DNA of 64,000 bases, from positions 62,001 to 126,000 of the forward strand of contig NIVC01000019.1 of NCBI GenBank assembly GCA_002269645.1, written 5' to 3'. The position numbers and the translations under genes were made by a program. Under the pieces are notes generated by a model, which saw nothing but the letters and a program-made list of their open reading frames with translations, had not been told where the DNA came from and did no database searches. The first letter of the stretch is position 1, and every line of letters begins with the position of its first letter. Source of the stretch: Macrostomum lignano (lineage: Eukaryota). Below are positions 1 to 30,825 of this stretch, in pieces.

Positions 1-165
1 AGATAGGGATGAGAGTCAGATAGAGAGGGATGAGAGTCAGATAGAGAGGGATGAGAGTCAGATAGAGAGGGATGAGAGTCAGATGGAGAGGGATGAGAGT
101 CAGATAGAGAGGGATGAGAGTCAGATAGAGAGGGATGAGAGTCAGATAGAGAGGGATGAGAGTGA
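1..165 (+). repeat. 21-bp tandem repeat (AGATAGAGAGGGATGAGAGTC), truncated by window edge
   Basis: Direct 21-nt periodicity. Confidence 0.9.
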
Positions 166-750
166 TATAAAGGCAGTATAAAGACTTCAGACTCTTCAGC
201 CAATTCTCAGACGGCAACAGCTCAGCAGCTGACGGTCGAACTAATGCGAATTAGTGATGTTCAGAGAAACTGCAGTGTATTTGTTGTTACGCCATAAAAA
301 TAAGTGGACGGATGGTTTTCAAAATTGAAAAAATCACAGCGGAATGAAGGCACTGGAGAAGCTGGTGAACAGTAATTACGGAATTAAATCCTCCAAGGAT
401 AAAATTTGGATTATACAAAAGCCTGGCACTACTAATGAGAACAGCGGCTATTTCTAATAACAAATCTTTGGCTTTCTAATCGCAGATAGGTCGCGTCATC
501 AGTGTAATTTTACAGGCAGGCAGGCTGTTACACAGAAATTTCGCTAATATCAATAAAACCGTAACGCACACGGATCAGAACTCTAAGAAACTATTAAGCA
601 AAGCGCAGAGGTTATACGAGTATTCGTAAAAAAGCAAGCGGCAGAAGACAACGATTTAAAAAACAAAAAAAAGCTTTGAAAGAGATTTAACAACAGAGCT
701 ACAAGGCGGAGTCGCGAGTGTAAATAACAAAGCACACCAGAGCCCGGCGC

Positions 751-18703
<17,953 letters not shown>

Positions 18704-18774
18704 CGTGTGCCGGCGCTAAGGCCTGGTCGGCTGCGGGATCGAATTCTATAGATGTTACATTTAAACAGCATTTA

Positions 18775-18777
18775 CCA

Positions 18778-18812
<35 letters not shown>

Positions 18813-18861
18813 TTATCCACCTATCTATCTATTTATCTATCTATCTATCTTTTTATCCACC

Positions 18862-18892
<31 letters not shown>

Positions 18893-18897
18893 CCACC

Positions 18898-18940
<43 letters not shown>

Positions 18941-18977
18941 TTATCCACCTATCTATCTATCTATCTATCTATCCACC

Positions 18978-19008
<31 letters not shown>

Positions 19009-19049
19009 CTATCTTTTTATCCACCTATCTATCTATCTATCTATCCACC

Positions 19050-19092
<43 letters not shown>

Positions 19093-19184
19093 TTATCCAC
19101 CTATCTATCTATCCATCTATCTATCTATCTATTTATCTATCTATCTATTTATCTACCTATCTATCTACCTATCTATCTGTCTAT

Positions 19185-19217
<33 letters not shown>

Positions 19218-19288
19218 CATCTATCTATCTATCTATTTATCTATCTATCTATTTATCTACCTATCTATCTACCTATCTATCTGTCTAT

Positions 19289-19323
<35 letters not shown>

Positions 19324-19368
19324 CCTATCTATCTACCTATCTATCTATCTATCTACCTATCTACATAT
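18775..19368 (+). repeat. (TATC)n microsatellite with variants
   Basis: Direct reading; lies immediately upstream of the SPMIP4-like first exon. Confidence 0.95.
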
Positions 19369-20779
19369 CCGTACCTCAGTGCAATCTTAGCTAGTCGGTG
19401 GAACAGCAGCACCAAGGCAAAGAATTAACACCAGGCAAAGCAGCTAGCTACAAAATACAGGAGCAAACAGCAGGACAAGAGCCGTGCTCGCAGAGGGCTC
19501 TGGCAGACAACCAAAGGTGCATTCTGTACCTGTCTGTTGCGCCATCGTATTAATACTAAAATAGTTTAAAGCGAGGTAAGCAGCTCGAAGCAACTCTACC
19601 AGCAATAATATTGGTGCATACGGTACGTAAGAAACTGAAACATGTTTTAGCAAGATCGCTCGTCAGCACTCGGAAAGACTCGCATGCAGTTTACAGTAGA
19701 CATGCTGAGCATCTGGGATCAAAGTTGATGCAGAAAAATTCATTTTCTCTTGAAATTATATACATATATATATGTATGAATATACAATATATTGAAAACT
19801 AATTAGTAACTAATACAAAACATCAAGTTAACAAATATTTAAATCTGCCTACTAATAGTAGTTTCAAATAAATTATAAAAAGATTAAGAATCAAGTTAAA
19901 AAAAAACACAAATTGCTCACAATTTAAGTAGTTCAGTAATAAGAAAACCAGGAGTAGAAATGAAATGAAAAAGAATTTGCTGGATACAAGCAATCGGATT
20001 GTAATCCGTTATTACAAGAATTTTATCATTCATTTTCAGCGCATTGCAGCAGAAATTTTTGTCCATTTAAGCTACTATTAGTAGGACGCTCCAGCCAGCG
20101 AACGAGAGTCACGTGATTTCTGACAGACATTGTACTTTTAGCTTAGCTGGTTCGCTCTGAAAAATAATAGGTTGTAGAGAATTTAAAATTATCATAAACT
20201 GGGGGGGGCAGATTTCTGTGGGAATCAGTTAGAAATGAATGACAGACGCATGCATAGCTTTGGCAGTAGGCAGTAGCGAACATTTAGCTCATAAAAAAAC
20301 AAATAATAATATAGAATTTTGTTTTAATGCAAACGCCAACTTAAAGCAATACAGGCCGAGGTGAGGTCTATTTTGTTAGTAGCTCAATTAGTTTCAATTA
20401 GTTGAAAAAATATTGTATAATAAACTACTGATCTAGGATGCACTAGTAGTGTTGCTTGAACTTCCTGGGTAAATTTTTTGTTAGCAAATGTGCACTTGGT
20501 GCACAGTTATAAACAGTCATTGGTTTGATATAAATTATTGTTATATTGTCATGCTTTAAAACTAGTTTGTACTTACTACTTACAAGACAAGTACAACAGT
20601 AGTGTCTAATGCAAAAATGAACTACTATATTGATGAGAATAAATTCTAATTTACTAATCTTTATTCATAGTGAGCATAGCAAATGAGACCACTCTACTCT
20701 CCTGCCCAAGCCTACTGGATTCATCAGAGCCTCTGTATCCTGCCGCCCTGGACCTGCGCAATACAGTGAGAGAGAGAAT

Positions 20780-21722
20780 GAGTGAGGCATGAGAAAGGAG
20801 ACCAGTGAGGTATGAGAAAGGGAGACCAGAGAGGAATGAGCAAGGGATACCAGTGAGAAAAGAGAAAGGGAGACCAGTGAGGAATGAGAAAAAGAGACCA
20901 GTGAGGCATGAGAAAGGGACACCAGTGAGGAATGAGAAAGGGAGACCAGTGAGGAATGAGAAAAGAGACCAGTGAGGAATGAGAAAGGGAGACCAGACAG
21001 GCATGAGAAAGGGAGACCAGACAGGCATGAGAAAGGGAGACCAGAGTCACGAGAAGGGGAGACAAGAGTCACGAGAAGGGGAGACAAGAGTCACGAGAAG
21101 GGGAGACAAGAGTCACGAGAAGGGGAGACCAGAGTCACGAGAAGGGGAGACAAGAGTCACGAGAAGGGGAGACAAGAGTCACGAGAAGGGGAGACCAGAG
21201 TCACGAGAAAGGGAGACCAGAGTCACGAGAAGGGGAGACAAGAGTCACGAGAAGGGGAGACCAGAGTCACGAGAAGGGGAGACAAGAGTCACGAGAAGGG
21301 GAGACAAGAGTCACGAGAAGGGGAGACCAGAGTCACGAGAAAGGGAGACAAGAGTCACGAGAAGGGGAGACAAGAGTCACGAGAAGGGGAGACAAGAGTC
21401 ACGAGAAGGGGAGACAAGAGTCACGAGAAGGGGAGACCAGAGTCACGAGAAGGGGAGACAAGAGTCACGAGAAGGGGAGACAAGAGTCACGAGAAGGGGA
21501 GACCAGAGTCACGAGAAGGGGAGACAAGAGTCACGAGAAGGGGAGACAAGAGTCACGAGAAGGGGAGACCAGAGTCACGAGAAAGGGAGACAAGAGTCAC
21601 GAGAAGGGGAGACAAGAGTCACGAGAAGGGGAGACAAGAGTCACGAGAAGGGGAGACAAGAGTCACGAGAAGGGGAGACCAGAGTCACGAGAAAGGGAGA
21701 CCAGAGTCACGAGAAGGGGAGA
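20780..21722 (+). repeat. Purine-rich minisatellite, ~24-bp units grading into a 22-bp unit (GAGAAGGGGAGACAAGAGTCAC)
   Basis: 22-aa periodic ORFs, equal to 3 x 22 nt. Confidence 0.93.
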
Positions 21723-22104
21723 ACGGGATGGATATTATACAGAGAAAAATTGGGCACCAAGAAGTAAGACTGAGACAACAGAAGTCAAGAAATTGGACGA
21801 ATAATTTTGAACTTCATTGGAAAAAATCTCTAATTACTTAATATCTTACTTAAAGGCATTTAATAAGTAGTCTGTTAAGCATATATCAACACTCGGCAGT
21901 AAGTGCTTAAGCTGCCATTTGCTGCGATCAGATTGCAAATTAAGCCACAAAAGTACAATGACCGCACAGATTTAATTTTAACAGTACAAAATTGTGTATA
22001 AAAAGCCAAAAATAATTTACACGCGCTTTATGCTACTCGATATTATGACACTACTAATGCGTGGCCAAGACAATTTAGTTATGACTCTGGTCATAATATG
22101 CATG

Positions 22105-22515
22105 TAGTCATGATCCTGACAATAAAAAATATCATGACTCTGGTCAGGATATAATCATGACACTGGTCAGGATACAGTCATGACACTGGTCAGGATACAG
22201 TCATGACACTGGTCAGGATACAGTCATGACACTGGTCAGCATACAGTCATGACACTGGTCAGGATACAGTCATGACACTGGTCAGGATACAGTCATGACA
22301 CTGGTCAGCATACAGTCATGACACTGGTCAGGATCCAGTCATGACACTGGTCAGCATACAGTCATGACACTGGTCAGCATACAGTCATGACACTGGTCAG
22401 CATACAGTCATGACACTGGTCAGGATACAGTCATGACACTGGTCAGCATACAGTCATGACACTGGTCAGCATACAGTCATGACACTGGTCAGGATACAGT
22501 CATGACACTGGTCAT
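22105..22515 (+). repeat. 23-bp minisatellite (TCATGACACTGGTCAGGATACAG) just 3' of the NIPA2 stop
   Basis: Direct periodicity. Confidence 0.93.
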
Positions 22516-22626
22516 AACACAATAATAGAACTGCTGTGGCACTGCAATGGTCATCCAGAGCAGAAAATCTCAAAAAAGCTGGCAAAGCAATATAAACAAA
22601 GAAGCAGAGCCGCCAAAGAGAATTAA

Positions 22627-25600
22627 TTACGCCGATCCTGCAGACACGATGTGCGCCTGCTCGCCCTCCAGACTGCTATCGTCGCCGTCCCCAGTCAGCA
22701 GGCCGACGTGGCTTTGATCTTCGTCGAATGGAGAATGCGCCGGCGCTGGGACGCCGTTGGACCGGACGACAACTCCGCCCCCTCCAACAGCCGGGTCGGT
22801 GCGATGCACAGGAACATTCAAATTCCACAGGCTAATATCGTGCTCTTTAAACGCATTCAACAAGAATATGCCGGATATTATAGTTGAAAATCCGACCAGA
22901 TTGCCCAGCACGTCTTCGGGCTTCATGTTGAACCACTCCTTGTACAGTATGGAGGAGGCGATGATGACAAAGGTGGTGAAGAACACGTACAGAATAGGCG
23001 ACACCACGCTGGTGTTGAATATGTCCAGTGCTTTGTTGAGATAGTTCATCTGCACCGTGACAAAGAACAATACGGATGCTATTAACAACCAAGTCACCGG
23101 CAGGACGAATACATTGTCGCCGGCGAATGTCTGCTTGATGGCAACCCCGGTGCCTTTGCAGCCCATGACGGACAGGGAGCCCAGGGAGCCGGATATGGTG
23201 ATGTACACCAGCGGGTTGGTTCTGCCGTAGAGGGGTGCGAAATAGAATATGAGCACCGCGGATGCCGCCAGCACGATTGCCACGTAGGATATGAAGCCTG
23301 CGGGATTGGGGGCGATTTTCTCAGTGTTGGAATATCTGGGGAGGGCGATTTTCTCAGTGTTAGATTATCTGGGGAGGGCGATTTTCTCAGTGTTGGAATA
23401 TCTGGAGAGGGCGATTTTCTCAGTGTTGGATTATCTGGGGAGGGCGATTTTCTCAGTGTTAGATTATCTGCGGAGGGCGATTTTCTCAGTGTTAGATTAT
23501 CTGGGGAGGGCGATTTTCTCAGTGTTGGAATATCTGGAGAGGGCGATTTTCTCAGTGTTGGATTATCTGGGGAGGGCGATTTTCTCAGTGTTAGATTATC
23601 TGGGGAGGGCGATTTTCTCAGTGTTAGATTATCTGCGGAGGGCGATTTTCTCAGTTTTAGATTATCTGGGGAGGGCGATTTTCTCAGTGTTAGATTATCT
23701 GGGGAGGGCGATTTTCTCAGTGTTAGATTATCTGAGGAGGGCGATTTTCTCAGTGTTATATTATCTGAGGAGGGCGATTTTCTCAGTGTTGGATTATCTA
23801 GGGAGGGCGATTTTCTCAGTGTTAGATTATCTAGGGAGGGCGATTTTCTCAGTGTTAGATTATCTGAGGAGGGCGATTTTCTCAGTGTTAGATTATCTGA
23901 GGAAAGCGATTTTCTCATTGCTAGATTATCTGAGGAGAACCAGGTAGATTCTCTTACGGATGGAGACTATCTGGGAGAGATAGTTGAGTTTATCTGAATC
24001 TGAGGCAGTCTACAGCTGGATTTCATCAAGTTAATTCTGTCAAGGCGCGACTCTGTTTTGGGACACTGACTAGCTGGGAGCGGTAATCCAACAGGGACAC
24101 ACAGAAAGAGTTGCATTCAACTCACCAAAATCTTTAAGCTTGACAACCAATTCTTGCATTGTAGTGACCTCCTGCTCTTTGGGCGCATGAATGACAATCA
24201 TAGTGGAGCCGAGCAAACACACAAGGCAGCCAATTTTGCCCAACAGATTTAAGCGTTCGTTTAAAAATTTTGAGGCCAGCATAGCGCTAACCAGGACGCT
24301 CAGAGCGCCCAGTGGCGTCACCAGCGAGGCGGGCGCGAACGCGTAAGCCGCGAAGTTCGCGCCTTCGCCTGCTGCCATCATGAGGAAGCCGGACCACCAG
24401 ACCACATCTCTCAGGTAGCCGTAGCCACCCTCGCCTGGGATTGGGGCGAATGTGAATTCCTATTTAGTGAAACTGTCAGGGCTGGGAATTCTTATTTAGT
24501 GAAACTGTCAGGGCTGGGAATTCTTATTTAGTGAAACTGTCAGGGCTGGGAATTCTTATTTAGTGAAACTGTCAGGGCTGGGAATTCTTATTTAGTGAAA
24601 CTGTCAGGGCTGGGAATTCTTATTTAGTGAAACTGTCAGGGCTGGGAATCCCTATTTAGTGAAACTGTCAGGGCTGGGAATTCTTATTTAGTGAAACTGT
24701 CAGGGCTGGGAATCCCTATTTAGTGAAACTGTCAGGGCTGGGAATTGTTATTTAGTGAAACTGTCAGGGCTGGGAATCCCTATTTAGTGAAACTGTCAGG
24801 GCTGGGAATTCTTATTTAGTGAAACTGTCAGGGCTGGGAATCCCTATTTAGTGAACTGTCAGGGCTGGGAATTCTTGTTTAGTGAAACTGTCAGGGCTGG
24901 GAATCCCTATTTAGTGACACTGTCAAGCCTGGGAATTCTTATTTAGTGAAACTGGGAATCCCTATTTAGTGAAACTGTCAGGGCTGGGAATTCTTATTTA
25001 GTGAAACTGGGAATCCCTATTTAGTGAAACTGTCAAGCCTGGGAATTCTTATTTAGTGAAACTGGGAATCCCTATTTAGTGAAACTGTCAGGGCTGGGAA
25101 TTCTTATTTAGTGAAACTGTCAGGGCTGGGAATTCTTATTTAGTGAAACTGTCAGGGCTGGGAATTCTTATTTAGTGAAACTGTCAGGGCTGGGAATTCT
25201 TATTTAGTGAAACTGTCAGGGCTGGGAATCCCTATTTAGTGAAACTGTCAGGGCTGGGAATTCTTATTTAGTGAAACTGTCAGGGCTGGGAATCCCTATT
25301 TAGTGACACTGTCAGGGCTGGGAATTCTTATTTAGTGAAACTGTCAGGGCTGGGAATCCCTATTTAGTGAAACTGTCAGGGCTGGGAATTCTTATTTAGT
25401 GAAACTGGGAATCCCTATTTAGTGGAACTGGGAATCCCTATTTAGTTAAACTGGGAATCCCTATTTAGTTAAACTGGGAATCCCTATTTAGTGGAACTAG
25501 GAATCCCTATTTAGTTAAACTGGGAATCCCTATTTAGTGAAACTGGAAATCCCTATTTAGTAAAACTGGGAATCCCTATTTAGTTAAACTGGGAATCCCT

Positions 25601-26541
25601 ATTTAGTTAAACTGGGAATCCCTATTTAGTGGAACTAGGAATCCCTATTTAGTTAAACTGGGAATCCCTATTTAGTGAAACTGGAAATCTCCATTTAGTG
25701 AAACTGGGAATTCCTATTTAGTTAAACTGGGAATCCCTATTTATTGAAACTGGGAATCCCTATTTATCGGAACTGTGAATCCCTATTTAGTGAAACTGTC
25801 AGGGCTGGGAATCCCTATTTAGTGGAACTGGGAATCCCTATTTAGTGGAACTGGGAATCCCTATTTAGTGAAACTGGGAATCCCTATTTAGTGAAACAGG
25901 GAATTCCTGTCTAGTGAAACTGGGAATACCCTATTTAGTGAAACTGGGAATCCCTATTTAGTGAAACTGGGAATTCCTATCTAGTGAAACTGGGAATACC
26001 CTATTTAGTGAAACTGGGAATCCCTATTTAGTGAAACTGGGAATCCCTATTTAGTGAAACTGGGAATCCCTATTTAGTGAAACTGGGAATCCCTATTTAT
26101 CGGAACTGGGAATCTCTATTTAGTGAAACTGGGAATCCCTATTTAGTGAAACTGGGAATCCCTATTTATCGGAACTGGGAATCCCTATTTATCGGAACTG
26201 GGAATCCCTATTTATCGGAACTGGGAATCTCTATTTAGTGAAACTGGGAATCCCTATTTAGTGAAACTGGGAATCCCTATTTAGCGGAACTGGGAATCTC
26301 TATTTAGTAGAGCTGTCAATTAATCGACTGAAGACTAGGAATACAACTCTTCCGCCTAAACAAGACCATAAAATGAGTAAAATAAAACAAGGCACAAACC
26401 AGCCCGGATGCCCCGATTGGACAATCTGATGAGCGCTTTCTTCTTCAGAATAAAGCTGGTACCAATAAATAAACTGGAGCTCATAGCCAGAAACAGGCCA
26501 ATATAGAAGTCGAACCTGCCGTTGCTTGCCGAACTAACCAT
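22627..26541 (-). CDS. NIPA2: NIPA-family magnesium transporter (NIPA2-like), 3 coding exons, ~373 aa
   Basis: Exons 26541-26400, 24434-24126, 23297-22627 (phases 1,1). Hallmark motifs [100 protein letters not shown]. First in-frame ATG is 26541; the exon has an acceptor at 26599, so the start could lie further upstream. Confidence 0.95.
23310..23938 (+). repeat. 33-bp intronic minisatellite (GGGCGATTTTCTCAGTGTTAGATTATCTGGGGA)
   Basis: 11-aa periodic ORFs; fills NIPA2 intron 2 up to ~10 nt from the acceptor. Confidence 0.95.
24455..26310 (+). repeat. 32-bp to 23-bp polarised minisatellite (GGGAATTCTTATTTAGTGAAACT[GTCAGGGCT])
   Basis: 32-nt period near 24481 and 23-nt period near 26041; fills NIPA2 intron 1. 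Confidence 0.95.
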
Positions 26542-27531
26542 GCTGGCATTGGTTGAGTTGTCTAGCGAGCTGGAGTCCCAGTCATCAGAGTAAGCCAACT
26601 AAAACATTCATTCCACAGTGTGAGTGGCTATATGACTCGATCAATGCATTTTTATACAACTGCTTTATGCACCCAAACCTCAAACACCATTTTCACCATA
26701 ATTTCCCAGTTCTAAGGCTGATTTCAAGTTCAGAAGTTTTAGTTAACTAATATGGATCTGACAATGCAGTACTAAACCACAATTTGAAAATTCTTGCTAA
26801 GAAAAATTGTTTATACTGACTAAAACAAAAGTTGATAGGCTAGAAAATCACTATTGTATGAGTGGAAATTTAATTTTTCCAACTGTCCAAGTTCAACTAA
26901 GTCATTATTTACCTCAATCTTCATGCAGCAAATAACCACACTGGTGGATTTCATGTTTGAGTAAAGTAAAAAGAGTTTAGTACACAGTTAGGGGTTGAAC
27001 CTGGCTTCAAAATTAGGTTTTCTAAAACTACAAGAATATGTATAGTAAGTGATCAAGAATATCTATAATATATAGCTGAAGTACCAGAAACCTTAGGGAA
27101 TAGTTGACTGGCCAATTGAATATGATAGACAGTGAGTGATTAGTATGCAAAAATAGCCACCATAGATACCAAGCTTTTAGTATAATATTTCATAAGCCAC
27201 ATTCAATTAAGCCAAGTCTATAGCAGTTCAACCATAAATGTGAACTTTATTTAATTTTAAAAAGCACAAAAATGGCTTAAAGCAGCATTCATAAATGTGA
27301 TTTTTTCAATTTAACAAATGAAATTTAAATGCAAGCAAATGTTTGTAATAGTATTAATAGGTACTTGAAAACAAATTTTCAAGGATGATTCTTGAATATT
27401 TTAGCAGGGTTTTTATTAAAGAAGTGAAAGTCAATTTAACCAAGTATAATATTGATTATATGTTGAATCAACTATAAGGATCCTAAAAAGCCTACTAAAT
27501 TTTTTTGTTTACCAGAACCAAAACTTTAATC

Positions 27532-27712
27532 TTAAAGAACATGCTTGGGCGCAACCTAGGGATTCACCTGGCCATTTCTATTGGCAACACACACACGTAA
27601 GTTGCTATTGGATGGAATAGTCACGTGACTGCTCTCAGCCAATAGCAACTTATATGTGTGTGTTGCCAATAGAAACAGCTGAGTGATTCCCAAGGTTGTG
27701 CATGTATGTTAA
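27532..27712. mobile_element. Palindromic MITE-like element (~180 bp) flanked by TTAA
   Basis: Inverted arms CTATTGGCAACACACACACGTAAGTTGCTATTGG (27578-27611) and CCAATAGCAACTTATATGTGTGTGTTGCCAATAG (27639-27672) have 2 mismatches in 34. Looser symmetry extends outward to TTAA at 27532 and 27709. Central perfect palindrome AGTCACGTGACT at 27619-27630. Confidence 0.45.
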
Positions 27713-30624
27713 AGAAATAATAAACCCAATGAGATTTTACTAAAAGGCTTTTATAATAGTCTAAGAGGAAATTAGCCCCTAATCAAATTGACTTTTAAAG
27801 TAACTGTTTGACAATAAAAGTTTAAAGTTTTGTTTTTAAATATAAAAATAAAAAGCTGGTTAAAAAGAAATTTTTCATGAGTAGACAACAAGCAATTTTT
27901 ATTAAAATGACTACACAACAAAAATATATTGACTCAAGGACCAAATTGTCAAATATGACAATAAAAAAGCTCTTTAAATACAGAATTGGCATGTCTTTCA
28001 CCCAATGGTATTTTGTTATACAAAAATGATTTTATGAAACTTTACCTACTTATTCAAAGCATGGGTTTAAAATCATTATATACTTACTAATAGTTCAAGG
28101 AGCCACCTGTAACAAAAAATGGATATACATGATAGGTACATTTAAAAATAATAAAATACCTAATAAAAATACAAATAAACTTTGTTCACTGTTATTACTT
28201 TTGGAAATACAATAGAAAAATGCTATTAACTATAAACTATATTTTAAATATTTGTTATCATAGCATAAGTATTATAATATTTTACTTATAATAATTGAAC
28301 GTTAATGCTAATTATTATTATATAGCTAAATTAATCTAAGCATTTATATATTTGAGCTAAAGGTTATAAAAAGTCAAATACACTTATATTTATTATTGAC
28401 CTATTTTATCCTCAATACTAGCATATAAATATAATAATAGATTAGAATACTTTTTAGCAAATAAGACTTGGCACTTATAATTGAACCTGGGATTGAAATC
28501 AAAGTCAAACTATTTTATAAAATAACCAATACTTCAATTTTTTACTTTTTACTAAATTCTAAATTGATTTTTTATAAAAAAAGTTATGCCTAGATGGCTA
28601 ATTGCCAAAATTATTATTAAATTTCTTAAATTCTTAAAATTATTAAATTTTTCCAAAAACTCCTATATTTGAAATTGACAAAGACAGTTTAGATAGTTTA
28701 AGCTAATAGGCTATAACCTATTAACCTTAAATCCTAAAAAATACCAAATAGATGCATATTTCAAATTGCAACTAGGCCTATTCGAATAATAGGCCTATGG
28801 CTATATCAATTGATAAAAATTCATTATTCAGAATCAATTCTAAAGATAAAGCTTTGATATAACACTACTAATATAATAATATTCAGTTTAGACCATAAAC
28901 TATTTTGTCTGTTTAATTCTAGCTAAATAGACCCACTTCATAAGAATATTACTATTACTGTGATTCATAGTCAGGAAAGTGGTGGCGGCATAGTGTGCAC
29001 CAGAAAGAATACCATAACAATTTTGTTTACACTATGCACCAAAATTCAAGGCATTTTTGCACCACTATGAATGGCTACAGTAGATATCATGCGGTCAGGC
29101 TTTAATGTCACTTGACAAGTTGACTAATGGTTACTTTACTTACCATATACTGAATATGGAAATGTGACGCTTATATGCAAATATAGTTGGCTAGGCCTAC
29201 TACTACTGCCAATAGTCACTTTATTAATTTTATTTCTTTAGCTGTATTCCTCACAGATTTCGACTTTTCATTTGGTCTGCCCAATTCAATAGAAAGGTTG
29301 CGTTGTAAAAAGTTGTTTAACAGTCTGCTCATGAATTGATCTTCAAGTAATTTGCAACAAAAAAGCAAATTAAATATACGCTCTACACAACGGGGGCGAT
29401 AAATAATTATTCTTTTAAACTTCTTCCTGATTGTTTAAAAACAAAAATAGAACAGGTTAATCTTGTTTAAGGGCTTCCTACTTTCCAAACGCATAAAAAG
29501 TAACTTTTCCCACTTTGTTAAAATGGTATGAGCTTTTGGCTCCACAATGGACGATTAGGTTATTTCGGCCTGTATTATAGCCAAATGAATGTGCTACGGT
29601 AAAAAAGAGATTGCTTCCTTTGGTCCTGTTTACTTCGTCTTTGTTAAATAAACTTAAATAGCTTAAACGTAGACCTCTGAGGCTCTACTGCCTTTTTATT
29701 GACACGATGCGCTTGTACATGCTTACAATGTACACGTAGCATACATATGTCTCAAGAGAATCGAATTAAGTGACATCATACATGTAACTGTCGCGTAATT
29801 CTAGTAGTCCTTACTTTACAAAGTGTATACCTATTTTATACTTGTCCATTCTACTACGTATATCCATATATAATATCTGCACATTCAACGCATTACAGTG
29901 TGGATGCCTGCATGTACATATGTAGTGGAATGTACGTCTACTATACATGTATATAGCTACGTGTACATGTGCATTCATCTATACATGTTTATTATATTTA
30001 GTTTAGTTTTTAAACTGGAATTTCATTAAGTTCGCAGAATTTTTTGCTTCATTTTTTCACCAAGGACAACTGAAGTTATACGTTATCCTACTTCAGTTGT
30101 CCTTGTTTTTCATTCGAATTCAGACGAAAGGGAAAATTGCTTTGTACATGTTTACATGTGTAATAGTGTAAATGGAAAATATACACAAAATGCTCAATGT
30201 ACATGCAGCCATACGGCTCTGTGTAGCATAGTAATCGTACTGCATTTATAGTTTTTCTAATTGCACGTCTAGTGAGAACACCACGCACTATTCCACTGCC
30301 TTACAACTCGTTTTTGAAGTACAGTATACATTTATGTGGAATTGTGAAATGAATAACTGAGTAGCTAGAACAGCCGCGCGCGACAGTTTTTAAAAAAAAC
30401 TCAGTGCAAGAGTTAACAACGTGGTTATCCTCAAGGAAGAGTATATATATATATATGCATCGATGCAGGATTAATAATTAATAACATTTAGAGACGATGG
30501 GAGATTGATATCGTAATGAAAAGGAAAATAAATTTAACTCTAATTGCAGTTAAAAAAATTGTCGCTCGCGCCTGCATTGAATGAATTGACATGTAGAGAC
30601 TGCCTCAAACTGTAAGCTATATCG

Positions 30625-30825
30625 CACCCACCTCCACTCCTTCAAGCTCGCACCTTACTCACTCCCTCAATCTTGCACCCACCCCACTCCCTCAATCTCG
30701 CACCCACCCCACTCCTTCAAGCTCGCACCAACCTCACTCCCTTTATCTCGCACCCACTTCACTCCCTCAATTTTGCACCCACCTCACTCCTTCAAGCTCG
30801 CACCCACCTCACTCCCTTTATCTTG
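30625..30825 (+). repeat. Degenerate ~25-bp repeat (CTCGCACCCACCTCACTCCTTCAAG)
   Basis: About 6-7 diverged copies. Confidence 0.6.

Noticed and set aside
22105-26310. CRISPR-like appearance of 23-33-bp partly palindromic repeats
   Set aside because: Units are head-to-tail with no unique spacers, there are no cas genes, and the arrays sit in or beside a spliced eukaryotic gene.
24455-26310. Arrays of NF-kB/Rel or CSL sites (GGGAATCCC, TGGGAA)
   Set aside because: Matches to consensus are incomplete and are multiplied only by tandem amplification; there is no independent support.
26541-26598. NIPA2 start at 26598 as given in the ORF track
   Set aside because: That codon is TTG directly after a splice acceptor; the first real ATG is 26541.
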